A stretch of 32,000 bases of DNA from NCBI GenBank assembly GCA_020830965.2, contig JACCFC020000005.1, positions 107,049 to 139,048 of the forward strand, in the 5' to 3' direction. Source of the stretch: Neisseriaceae bacterium TC5R-5 (GTDB lineage Bacteria; Pseudomonadota; Gammaproteobacteria; Burkholderiales; Chromobacteriaceae). Shown here one piece after another: positions 1 through 8,706 of this stretch. The notes beneath the pieces are model-generated. The model saw only the letters and a program-made list of their open reading frames with translations, did no database searches and was not told the DNA's origin. The position numbers and the translations under genes are program-made. How positions within the stretch are numbered: the first letter of the stretch is position 1; every line of letters begins with the position of its first letter.

Positions 1-1
1 C

Positions 2-613
2 GGCTTTGGCCCAAGTAATGAAGTCGGCACTTTATTGGTGAATATGATTTGGACGGTTTATAACATCCTGCTGCTGGGCGTGGCGCTGGGCGTAGCGCGT
101 GAAGTACGTCAGCTAAGAATTTCCCACCGCATCAGTGCGCATCTACCCGTTACCCTGCATCTACCAGACGGACGAGCCTATCCGTGCATGACGCTCGACT
201 ACTCCGAAGGCGGGATGGCACTGGAAGCACCGGTAGCAATCCCCACCAAGGCAGACAGCCCCTTAAGTGTCAGCCTGCAAGCCGCAGGTCAGCATTTTTC
301 GCTCCCCGGCCGTGTCGTGTTTGCCAAGGGTAAACGCGTGAGCCTGCGCTTTAACCATCTCAGCCTGGCGCAAGAAATGGCATTGGTGCAATGTACTTTT
401 GGCCGCGCCGATGCCTGGCTAGGCCCGCAGGAACGCCCCCCTGAACACACCCCCTTGCATGGCGCGCAGGATGTCGTGCGGCTGGGCTCGCGCGGTCTAT
501 TGCAAGCAGTGCAGTCCTTAGGGCCGCAATTTACCTGGCTGGCCAGCACCCTGCTATGGCTGGCCAGCCTGTTACCGCGTCAACCGCTACCGGTTCCGGA
601 ACAAAGCGCATGA
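2..613 (+). CDS. bcsA: Cellulose synthase catalytic subunit BcsA, C-terminal fragment (5' end lies outside the window) with PilZ c-di-GMP-binding domain
   Basis: The frame is open from the window edge to TGA at 611-613. PilZ signatures are RxxxR (RISHR, nt 116-130) and DxSxxG (DYSEGG, nt 197-214). It sits directly upstream of bcsB with an ATGA start/stop overlap. Confidence 0.85.
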   Translation, partial: GFGPSNEVGTLLVNMIWTVYNILLLGVALGVAREVRQLRISHRISAHLPVTLHLPDGRAYPCMTLDYSEGGMALEAPVAIPTKADSPLSVSLQAAGQHFSLPGRVVFAKGKRVSLRFNHLSLAQEMALVQCTFGRADAWLGPQERPPEHTPLHGAQDVVRLGSRGLLQAVQSLGPQFTWLASTLLWLASLLPRQPLPVPEQSA

Positions 614-2844
614 TCAAATATTGGCTCATTGGCTGCCTGTTGTTAGCCACTTGTTTATTGGCCACACCCGCTCCTGCTGTCGCTGTGATCAGCACCACCC
701 CGCTTAGTGTGCAACGGATATTGAGCTTCAAACAGTTAGGCAATGAAACAGCGCTGAGGCTCTCCGGAACCGGCAATTTGAAAGGCATCAATTTTGGCAG
801 CCGCCGGGATGAGTTGATCAATAGCGTGAAAGTACGGCTGCGCTATCTATATTCGCCGGCAATGCTGGCCGATTTGTCGCACCTGAAAGTATTGCTGAAT
901 GGCGAAGTGGTCGCGGTACTACCCTTGCCGAAAGAGAGCGCAGGCAAACCGCAGCAAAGTGAATTGACCTTGGATACACGCCTGCTGGCCGATTTTAACC
1001 GGCTGCAATTCCAGCTGATCGGACACTATACCAATCATTGTGAAGACCCGGCGCATAGCAGTTTATGGGCCGAGATCAGCCAGAGCAGCGAGTTGGAAAT
1101 CAATGCACAGGCGCTGCAACAGCAGGATGACTTAAGCCAGTTTCCAGAGCCGTTTTTTGATCATCGCGACTTTGCCCGCCTGCAATTGCCATTTGTCTTT
1201 GTCGGCCAGCCCTCCTTGGCAACCGTACAGGCTGCCGGGACGCTGGCCTCCTGGTTCGGCGGACTAGCCGCCTGGCGCGGCAGTCATTTCACGGCTTTGT
1301 TCAATCAATTACCCGCCAGCGAACACGCCATCGTCTTTGCCACCAACCAGCAGCGTCCAGATTTCTTGCGCGACTATCCGGCCGTCACCGCCCCCACCAT
1401 TGCCCTGCTACGCCATCCGCAGCAGGCCGAACGCAAACTACTGCTGATATTGGGACGCAATGAACAGGATTTACAGTTGGCGGTACAGGCACTGGTACTG
1501 GGCCAGGCGGCGATGTCCGGTGCGCAGGCCAAGGTAGAGCGCGTCAAGCTGGCGGCCCCACGACAGCCTTATGATGCGCCCAACTGGGTACACCCGGATC
1601 GACCAACCCGCCTGGGCGAGTTGGTGACGAATCAGCAAGAACTACAGGTCAGCGGGCAAACACCGGAGCAGATTCGGCTGTTCTTCCGGGTACCGGCCGA
1701 TATTTTTACCTGGGGCAGCCGTGGTATTCCCATTAATCTGCGTTTCCGTTATACCGGCCTGCAACAAGTCGATGGCTCGCGCTTATCGGTTGGTATTAAT
1801 GATTTATTCGTGCAAAGCCTGACCCTTAACCCTTCCGGCAGCGGCAGTGAACAAACCAAGCTGAGCCTGCCGGTGCTGGATAACGGCCTATTGGCCAGCA
1901 TTGACAAGATTCTGCTGCCGCCGTTTCGTGTTGGCAGCCGCAACCAGCTGCAATTTCAATATTCCTATGTGCTGGAAAAACAGGGTGAGTGCAATAGCGC
2001 CGGCAATGACAACTTCCGCTCGGCGCTAGACCCGGACAGCGAGATCGACTTTAGCCAGTATCCGCACTACACCAGCTTGCCGAATCTGGGCTTTTTCGCC
2101 AACTCCGGCTACCCCTTCACCCGCTTGGCCGATCTATCCGACACCGTCGTGGCCCTGCCCAAAGCCGCGCTGCCAGCGGAAGTTAGCGCCTTTTTAAATG
2201 TAATGGCGCGTTTAGGGCAATCTACCGGCTACCCGGCTTTACGTATGCGGCTGATGGCGGCTGAACAAACACCACCTGCCGATGCCGACCTGCTACTGAT
2301 TGGCATCGCCAACCGCCTGCCCTGGCTGCAACGCTGGCAATCGTCCCTGCCCACCCAGATCACCCGCAATCACCGGCAAGTCGGCAAAAACAGCTTTTTT
2401 AACTCGACTTCCTTCAACTGGCTGCACACCCCTACCGAACCCATGGCTGTCGCCAGCAACGGCCAAGTGTCTTTTCATGCGCAAAATCAGGTGGCGGCCA
2501 TGCTGGGTTTTGAATCGCCACTAACCCCGTTGCGTAGCGTGGTCGTTCTCACCGGTTCAGAACCCGCCGCGCTGAATACTTTGCTGGAAGCGCTGAACGA
2601 TGACGGCAAAGTGGCACAGATGAGCGGTAGCACGGTGCTGATCAAGGGGGACAATATTGATAGCCAGTTGCTGGTCAACAGCTATGAAGTGGGTAGCTTA
2701 CCGCTGTGGACCTGGGTATGGCTGTATCTGTCACAGCATCCACTCGTCTTAGCCTTACTGGCGGCACTGGCGGTCTGCATGCTGGCCTTTGCCATCCTGC
2801 GGGCCTTCAAACTGATCGCTTCCCGCCGCGCCAGAGAGGAATAA
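610..2844 (+). CDS. bcsB: Cellulose synthase periplasmic subunit BcsB
   Basis: The ORF track starts at 556. The Met at 610 (MIKYWLIGCLLLATCLLATPAPAVA, signal-peptide-like) overlaps the bcsA stop, so I prefer it. The product is ~745 aa with a single C-terminal TM anchor (LVLALLAALAVCMLAFAIL) and a basic tail, lying between bcsA and bcsZ as in canonical bcs operons. Confidence 0.85.
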   Translation: MIKYWLIGCLLLATCLLATPAPAVAVISTTPLSVQRILSFKQLGNETALRLSGTGNLKGINFGSRRDELINSVKVRLRYLYSPAMLADLSHLKVLLNGEVVAVLPLPKESAGKPQQSELTLDTRLLADFNRLQFQLIGHYTNHCEDPAHSSLWAEISQSSELEINAQALQQQDDLSQFPEPFFDHRDFARLQLPFVFVGQPSLATVQAAGTLASWFGGLAAWRGSHFTALFNQLPASEHAIVFATNQQRPDFLRDYPAVTAPTIALLRHPQQAERKLLLILGRNEQDLQLAVQALVLGQAAMSGAQAKVERVKLAAPRQPYDAPNWVHPDRPTRLGELVTNQQELQVSGQTPEQIRLFFRVPADIFTWGSRGIPINLRFRYTGLQQVDGSRLSVGINDLFVQSLTLNPSGSGSEQTKLSLPVLDNGLLASIDKILLPPFRVGSRNQLQFQYSYVLEKQGECNSAGNDNFRSALDPDSEIDFSQYPHYTSLPNLGFFANSGYPFTRLADLSDTVVALPKAALPAEVSAFLNVMARLGQSTGYPALRMRLMAAEQTPPADADLLLIGIANRLPWLQRWQSSLPTQITRNHRQVGKNSFFNSTSFNWLHTPTEPMAVASNGQVSFHAQNQVAAMLGFESPLTPLRSVVVLTGSEPAALNTLLEALNDDGKVAQMSGSTVLIKGDNIDSQLLVNSYEVGSLPLWTWVWLYLSQHPLVLALLAALAVCMLAFAILRAFKLIASRRAREE

Positions 2845-3960
2845 ATGCGCACACTGGTGATATTGCTGTGCTGCCTTATCCTACCGGTCAGCGCAGCCGA
2901 CTGCGATAACTGGCCACAATGGCAAGCCTATCGCCAACACTTTATTAGCAGCGATGGCCGTGTCATTGATCGCAGCAGCCACCACTCGCTGACCACGTCC
3001 GAAGGTCAAAGTTACGGCCTGTTTTTTGCGCTGGTGGCCAATGACCAGCCAGCTTTTGCGCAGCTATTGGCCTGGACGCAGAATAATCTGGCAGAAGGCG
3101 ATCTGAGCACCCATCTGCCAGCCTGGGCCTGGGGCCAGCAGCCCGACGGCCGCTGGGGCGTGCTGGACAAAAACAGTGCCGCCGATGCCGACCTGTGGAT
3201 CGCCTACAGCCTGCTGGAAGCTGGCCGCCTATGGCAGCAGCCGCGCTATCTGACCCAAGGCAAACAGCTGGCTGCCCGTATCTGGCAAGAAGAAACCGCC
3301 AGCTTGCCGGGCCTGGGCCGCATGCTCTTACCCGCCCCCTATGGTTTTCAGCCGGAAGCCGCACGCTGGCGACTCAACCCCAGCTATTTACCCTTACAAA
3401 TTCTGGCCCGCCTGGCACAACTGCTGCCGGAAAACGATTGGCACAGCCTGCACCACAATACCCAACGGCTGCTGCAAGAGAGCGCGCCACATGGCTTTGC
3501 CCCGGACTGGGTAGTCTATACCGCCAAGCAAGGTTTTACGCCCGATAGCCAAACCCAGGCCAGCGGCAGTTACGACGCCATCCGCGTCTACCTCTGGGCC
3601 GGCATGTTATCGGCACAAGCCGATGGCCAGGCCGCGCTGCTGCACACCCTGGCGCCGATGACACAATGGCTCAGCCAGCATGACGCCCCACCACGCCAGA
3701 TCGATACCCGCAGCGGCCAGATGGAGGGAGATGGGCCGGTAGGCTTCTCGGCCGCACTGCTCCCCTTGCTGCAAAGCAGTGGTGCGCAAGCAGCGCTGCA
3801 ACAACAATTAGCCCGCCTGAACGCCCTGCCACTCAGCCAGCGACCGGACAACTACTACGATCATGTCTTAACGCTGTTCGGGCTAGGCTGGCAGCAAGGC
3901 CGCTATCGCTTCGGCAGCCAAGGCCAATTACAAACCCGCTGGGACAGTGCATGTCGTTGA
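2845..3960 (+). CDS. bcsZ: Periplasmic endo-1,4-beta-glucanase BcsZ (glycoside hydrolase family 8)
   Basis: It has a signal peptide (MRTLVILLCCLILPVSAADC) and the GH8-type block TTSEGQSYGLFFALVAND. The start abuts the bcsB stop (TAAATG), and its position in the operon is canonical. Confidence 0.9.
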   Translation: MRTLVILLCCLILPVSAADCDNWPQWQAYRQHFISSDGRVIDRSSHHSLTTSEGQSYGLFFALVANDQPAFAQLLAWTQNNLAEGDLSTHLPAWAWGQQPDGRWGVLDKNSAADADLWIAYSLLEAGRLWQQPRYLTQGKQLAARIWQEETASLPGLGRMLLPAPYGFQPEAARWRLNPSYLPLQILARLAQLLPENDWHSLHHNTQRLLQESAPHGFAPDWVVYTAKQGFTPDSQTQASGSYDAIRVYLWAGMLSAQADGQAALLHTLAPMTQWLSQHDAPPRQIDTRSGQMEGDGPVGFSAALLPLLQSSGAQAALQQQLARLNALPLSQRPDNYYDHVLTLFGLGWQQGRYRFGSQGQLQTRWDSACR

Positions 3961-6900
3961 TACGCACCCTCCTGACCTTCATCCTGCTTTTTTTAGCGCT
4001 GGCGGCCGCCGCCACCGGTAGCACCAGCGACCCGGCGCAAGCCCTGCTGGCACAGGCCAGACTCTGGCAATCCTTAAACCACCGTGACGAAGCACAACAA
4101 GCACTCGCCAAACTACACCAACTGGCTGCGCTCAGCCCGGCAGTACAAGCCGAAGCCTTGGCCTTGCAAGCGATGCTGCAACTGCAAAACCAGCAGCTAC
4201 AGCCAGCCAGCCAGACACTCAAGCAACTCAAACAGCAATACCCGCACTCTGCTGTCATCCATAAGGTCGAACAGCTGCAACGCGTCCTCGGCAGCCAGCA
4301 TGCGCAACTGCTGCAAGCACGGGCCCTCGCCCGCAGCGGCAAAACCGATGCTGCCATCGCCGTACTGGACGCGCTGTATCAAGGCCCGCCACCAGATGGC
4401 GAATTAGCACTGGAATACTGGTCACTGGTCGTCCGCAGCCCCAATAAGGGCTGGCAACGCGCTCACGCCGGTTTGAGTAAACTGCAACAAGCCACACCGG
4501 ACAACCGTAGCTATCAACTGGCGCTGGCCGACCTCTATCTCTACCAACCGCCAGCCCCACCCACCATCTTTGCCACCCTCCAAACCCTGACCCTCTACCC
4601 GGACAGCCGTAAATCCGCACTGAAAACCTGGCGCCGCGCCCTGCTACAACTTGAACAGCACGCCCAGCCAAACTGGTTTAACGCCTATCTGCGCGAAGTA
4701 CCGGATGACAGCAGCGTCGCACAGCATCGCGATCGACTGGCCGCCCAAGCCGCCAGGCAACGCGCCCTATTGGCTGACCCCGGCTATCGCGCCCGGCTAG
4801 CAGCCAGCAAACAACTGGATAACAATCAGCTGGCTGCGGCCGAACGCAGCCTGGAACAGGCACAAGTCCACTATGGTCAAGAAGCCGATGTCCTGGGCAA
4901 CTGGGGACGACTGCGTGCAAAGCAGGGACAGTATCAACAAGCCATCGCCTTCTATCGTCAGGCACAGCGCCAAGACAAACAAAATAGGCAATGGTCACAA
5001 GCTCTGGTCGACAGCTATTTCGAGCAACAGCTGGCGCAAGCCGCACGCGCAATTGAGGCCAACAACTTTAAGCGAGCCGAACAGCATCTGCAGCAGGCAG
5101 CCAAACTGCGCCCCCACGCCATTGAGCTCACCCTCAGTCGTGCGCAACTGGCCGAGGCCCAGCAGCAACTCGCCCTCGCCTGGCGTGACTATCACGACGT
5201 GCTGACACGCGCCCCGGCTAATGCTCAGGCGCTAGCCGGGCTGATCCGCCTTTACCTGCAACAAGGAGAGGCCAGCCAAGCGAGCGCCTATCTGGACAAC
5301 CTGCCCAAGCAGCAACGCCATCTGCTAGGCAGCGCCTACCCTGCCGCCCAAGCCAGTATCGCCCGCCAGCAAGCGGAGCAATTACTAGCCAGCGGACAGC
5401 GCGCACTCGCCATCAAGGCACTGCAACAAGCCGTCGCCCTACAAGCTCAAGACCCATGGAACCGACTGGCCTTAGCCAAAGCCTGGCTAGCAGACGGGCA
5501 GGCGGCCAAAGGCGAAGCGGTATTGCAAGCCCTGCTAAACACCCCGCAAGCGGATAGCAACACCCGCTACGCCTACGCCTTATTCCAAAGCAGCCAAGAG
5601 CAAAACCAAGCCGCACTGCTGACGCTGGAACACATCCCCACTACCGAACGCAGCGATAGCATGGCGCAACTGCAGCGCCAACTCTGGCTGCGTGAAACCC
5701 TGCGTCTGGCCAGCGCCGAAAATGCCCATGGCCAGCCCCAAGCCGCGCAACAAAGATTGCAACACGCCAGCCAACGCTTTGCCGACGACCCGGCACAGCT
5801 CAGCGAACTGGCCAGCGGCTGGCTGCAACTGGGGCCACGCGAACCGGCACTGGCACTGATGCAAAAGGTTTATCAACAACACCCGGACAAGGAATACACG
5901 CTGCGCTACGCCAGATTGCTGCTGGACGCACAACAAAGCACGGCACTGCTTGCGCTGCTGGCTCAATGGGATCACCAGCAAGCCGCTCCCCTCACCCCCG
6001 CCCAACAAAGCGAACTCACCGCCATCTACAGCGGTCTCGCCCTGCTCAAGGCCAGCGCGGCACGCCAGCAAGGTCAGGACGAGCAAGCGCGCGAACTGCT
6101 CGACCAGGCGCTGATCGCCGATCCGCAACAAGCTGACTTGCTGCGCGAACGCGCCGAACTCGACATCAGCCAACAACAATGGCAGCGCGCCGAACAAAGA
6201 CTGCAACTGGCACTGCAATACAAGCCCCAGGATGACGAAGCCAAGCTGCTGTTACTAGATAGCTATCGCCAAACCGGTCAATGGGCCGCACGTCAGCAAC
6301 TGGCACAAACCCTGCTCAATGAACGGCCACTGCGCAGCCTGGATTATCGGCTACGGGTATTAAACCGGCTCAGCGAGCAGGACGACCCCCAACTCAGCAC
6401 ACAAGCCCTCGATACCATGCAGCAACAAGGAGAAAGCAGCCCTGCACTATTCGGCCTGCAAGCCGAACGCGCACTCAAGCAACAACAGGCCGATAGCGCG
6501 CTGAAGCATTATCGCCACAGCTTTAGCCCCACCAGCGGCCTCAGCCAACAACCGCTCGTCAGCAATAGCATGCTACCCGGCCAGGCCGCTCTCGCCAGCG
6601 AAGTACCGGCAATAGGCCAGCCCCCCAACAGTCAGACCGCCTTACAAACCGTCAGCAGCGAAAGCCAACAACTGGCTGATCTGCACGCAAGCTATGCCGC
6701 ACTGCTGGATAAACGCACCGGCACGGTGCAAGGTGGGCTGGATTGGAGTTTTCGCGGCGGCAGTACTGGCACACCGGGGCAATCACAGTTGGCGATGTGG
6801 CAAGCCCCGCTACTGCTGCAAATACCCGGCCCGGCCAATGGGCAATACTTCTTGCGCAGCGACTACACCAGCCTCGACGCCAAAAGCCTGCAAAGCAGCG

Positions 6901-7850
6901 ACAGTTACGCGATACAACGCTTTGGCGCCATCCTGGCTTGCCGCGACCAGGTCGCCTGTGCCAAACAGGCCGGACAGCAGCAAAGCCATGGTCAAAGCAT
7001 CGGTGCCGGTTTTGCTAACGATGACTGGCGCGTTGATCTTGGCCACACACCGCTGGCCTTTCCCGTCAGCTACTTCGTCGGGGGCCTCAAACACTTCGGC
7101 AAAATCAATCAACTCAACTACAGCATCGACATCGCCCAACGCCCGCTCACCAGCTCACTGCTCAGCTACGCCGGCACCCGCGACCCCTACACCGGCGAGA
7201 CCTGGGGCGGCGTCCGCAGTCGCAGCCTCAGCACAGGGCTAGGCTATGATCAGGGTGAAGCGCTAGGGGTGTGGAGTAATCTTGGCTATCAGCAGCTGAC
7301 AGGCGAAAACGTCGCCCGCAATCGTCGCCTGAGTATGATGGGAGGGGTGTACTGGCGCATACACAAAGACGACACCCACCGCCTGACCGTGGGTATCAAC
7401 AATATCAACTTCTGGTACCAGAAAAACCTCAGTGAATTTACGCTGGGGCAAGGCGGCTACTACAGCCCGCAAGCCTATCACTCGCTATCCGTCCCCATCA
7501 GCTACGCGCTGCGCAATGAACGCTGGAGCACGCTATTCCGCTTCGCCCCCTCGCTCTCCTACGCGCGGGAAAACAGCACCCCGTTCTACCCGACCCGGCC
7601 CGATCTGCAACAGCAAACCGGTAACCCGCAATTCAGCAGCAGTAGCGGCCCCGGCAAAGGCGTATCCGCCAGCACCGCTTTTGAATATCAGCTTAATCCC
7701 CGGCTGGTGCTGGGCGGCCAACTGGAATACCAATACTCCCCCCTCTACCAACCCGGCCATGCCCAGCTCTATCTACGCTACAGCCTGGCCCCGGCGGCAC
7801 AAACGCTACCTTTCCCGGTAGAACCCCTCGTGCCCTATACGAGTTTTTAG
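3951..7850 (+). CDS. bcsC: Cellulose synthase outer-membrane/TPR subunit BcsC
   Basis: The product is 1299 aa with an N-terminal signal peptide and a long Ala/Gln/Leu-rich TPR-like region. The C-terminal ~350 aa show alternating aromatic beta-strand patterning ending in ...YTSF, typical of an OM barrel terminus. It overlaps the bcsZ end by 10 nt. Confidence 0.9.
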   Translation: MSLIRTLLTFILLFLALAAAATGSTSDPAQALLAQARLWQSLNHRDEAQQALAKLHQLAALSPAVQAEALALQAMLQLQNQQLQPASQTLKQLKQQYPHSAVIHKVEQLQRVLGSQHAQLLQARALARSGKTDAAIAVLDALYQGPPPDGELALEYWSLVVRSPNKGWQRAHAGLSKLQQATPDNRSYQLALADLYLYQPPAPPTIFATLQTLTLYPDSRKSALKTWRRALLQLEQHAQPNWFNAYLREVPDDSSVAQHRDRLAAQAARQRALLADPGYRARLAASKQLDNNQLAAAERSLEQAQVHYGQEADVLGNWGRLRAKQGQYQQAIAFYRQAQRQDKQNRQWSQALVDSYFEQQLAQAARAIEANNFKRAEQHLQQAAKLRPHAIELTLSRAQLAEAQQQLALAWRDYHDVLTRAPANAQALAGLIRLYLQQGEASQASAYLDNLPKQQRHLLGSAYPAAQASIARQQAEQLLASGQRALAIKALQQAVALQAQDPWNRLALAKAWLADGQAAKGEAVLQALLNTPQADSNTRYAYALFQSSQEQNQAALLTLEHIPTTERSDSMAQLQRQLWLRETLRLASAENAHGQPQAAQQRLQHASQRFADDPAQLSELASGWLQLGPREPALALMQKVYQQHPDKEYTLRYARLLLDAQQSTALLALLAQWDHQQAAPLTPAQQSELTAIYSGLALLKASAARQQGQDEQARELLDQALIADPQQADLLRERAELDISQQQWQRAEQRLQLALQYKPQDDEAKLLLLDSYRQTGQWAARQQLAQTLLNERPLRSLDYRLRVLNRLSEQDDPQLSTQALDTMQQQGESSPALFGLQAERALKQQQADSALKHYRHSFSPTSGLSQQPLVSNSMLPGQAALASEVPAIGQPPNSQTALQTVSSESQQLADLHASYAALLDKRTGTVQGGLDWSFRGGSTGTPGQSQLAMWQAPLLLQIPGPANGQYFLRSDYTSLDAKSLQSSDSYAIQRFGAILACRDQVACAKQAGQQQSHGQSIGAGFANDDWRVDLGHTPLAFPVSYFVGGLKHFGKINQLNYSIDIAQRPLTSSLLSYAGTRDPYTGETWGGVRSRSLSTGLGYDQGEALGVWSNLGYQQLTGENVARNRRLSMMGGVYWRIHKDDTHRLTVGINNINFWYQKNLSEFTLGQGGYYSPQAYHSLSVPISYALRNERWSTLFRFAPSLSYARENSTPFYPTRPDLQQQTGNPQFSSSSGPGKGVSASTAFEYQLNPRLVLGGQLEYQYSPLYQPGHAQLYLRYSLAPAAQTLPFPVEPLVPYTSF

Positions 7851-7863
7851 GAAAGACCACATC

Positions 7864-8247
7864 ATGCTCAAGCCCTGCTGTCAGCTCCTTTTTACTCTAT
7901 TGCTGACCGCCTGCGCCCATCCCCCAGCCACCCCGGCACAACAAAGCCTGGCGCAAGCGCGGGCCGAATACTGGCGCTCCCCCTACCAACCGGCGGCCAT
8001 CAACCAACTAGCTCTACAACTGGTACAAGCTGGCGATAGCGATACCGCACGGCTGCTCTGGTACCGCGCCCTACGCATCGCCCCTGATCGCGACGATATC
8101 CGCGCCAATCTGCTGCTATTAGAAGCAGGCACTCGCCAACTAGACCAGAGTGCCACCGATCCGCTCAGCCCAGCCAGCAGCAAGTCAAGCAAGCCACCCC
8201 CACCGCTACCGGCCCCCTGGCAACGCCTGCCACAGCACAGCCCTTAA
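7864..8247 (+). CDS. Small putative lipoprotein with one TPR-like repeat and a proline-rich tail, co-oriented 13 nt after bcsC
   Basis: A good SD (AGGAAAG) lies 7-13 nt upstream of the ATG. The lipobox is LLLTAC at the end of a hydrophobic leader. A TPR-like stretch (AINQLALQLVQAGDSDTARLLWYRALRIAPD) and a tail PASSKSSKPPPPLPAPW follow. I recognise no family. Confidence 0.55.
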   Translation: MLKPCCQLLFTLLLTACAHPPATPAQQSLAQARAEYWRSPYQPAAINQLALQLVQAGDSDTARLLWYRALRIAPDRDDIRANLLLLEAGTRQLDQSATDPLSPASSKSSKPPPPLPAPWQRLPQHSP

Positions 8248-8318
8248 GAGCCTGATCCAGCGTTGCGCCTTGGCTCAGTTGCTCTTCGAGCTTTTGTTAG
8301 CCGCTCTTAGCGACACCA
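8238..8318 (+). repeat. Correia-like MITE, copy A (short variant: 39-bp internal deletion and missing AACAAAAC core of the left TIR)
   Basis: CCTGATCCAGCGTTGCGCC/TTGGCTCAGTTGCTCTTCGAGCTTTTGTTAGCCGCTCTTAGCGAC aligns with copy D (15741-15862), except that D positions 15781-15819 are absent. That missing segment is flanked by GCGCC direct repeats in D. Boundaries are approximate. Confidence 0.7.
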
Positions 8319-8362
8319 GCGAAGAACCTGTGCCAATATCAATTTGGCATTAATTTAAAGCA

Positions 8363-8706
8363 ATGATAGGATCACAAGCAAAATTCACAACCAAAGAAAA
8401 GCAATGCGATACTGGCGTCGAAAAAGCCTTATATGACTGGGTCGCCCCCAGCTTGTACTACGTTTTTTTACACCGGTTCCACCGGTTTGGACGGCATATG
8501 ACCCGGATGATATTTGGGCAGAAGTACAAGAGAAGCAGCGCAAAGAACGGGAAGCCGGCTGCTGCCGACAGTGCTTCATCCGTTTGCGCCGCTGGCGCAT
8601 CAAAAGAGTGCTGCGCTCGGAATGGGCCAAAATTAAAGAAGTATTGAAGAAAGCCCCGTTTGAGTACCAGGGCAAGCTCCCAGAAGATTATCCATTTGAT
8701 GACTAG
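8363..8706 (+). other. Candidate small gene split over two frames: ATG 8363 in frame 2, then a protein-like open frame 1 from 8437 to TAG 8704-8706. It may be a frameshifted pseudogene, a homopolymer error or a -1 frameshift gene
   Basis: Frame 1 is open for 89 codons with no ATG (…TPVPPVWTAYDPDDIWAEVQEKQRKEREAGCCRQCFIRLRRWRIKRVLRSEWAKIKEVLKKAPFEYQGKLPEDYPFDD*). The two frames meet at a T7 run, zero-frame codons GTT TTT TTA at 8462-8470. I recognise no family and there is no clear SD at 8363. Confidence 0.25.

Noticed and set aside
556-609. Upstream extensions of ORF-track starts (bcsB 556, apbC 19867, rph 24626, histidine kinase 29629, argH GTG 29679, carbonic anhydrase 28393)
   Set aside because: In each case an internal Met gives an N-terminus that matches known homologues or a signal peptide, and it has a better SD or translational coupling. 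The extensions add non-conserved residues.
3833-7760. Many long ORFs in alternative frames and on the opposite strand inside bcsC (for example 5580-6218 minus, 212 aa; 3833-4357 minus, 174 aa; 6694-7242 plus, 182 aa; 4255-4671 minus)
   Set aside because: They lie entirely within the well-supported bcsC frame. Their low-complexity Arg/Ala/Cys/Gly-rich translations are typical of shadow ORFs in GC/CAG-rich coding DNA, and they lack SD sequences and recognisable motifs.
8385-8675. 96-aa - strand ORF in the bcsC-lipoprotein/eptB spacer
   Set aside because: The translation is Arg/Ser-rich and implausible, with no SD. The + strand frame 1 reading of the same DNA looks more protein-like (see the frameshift finding).
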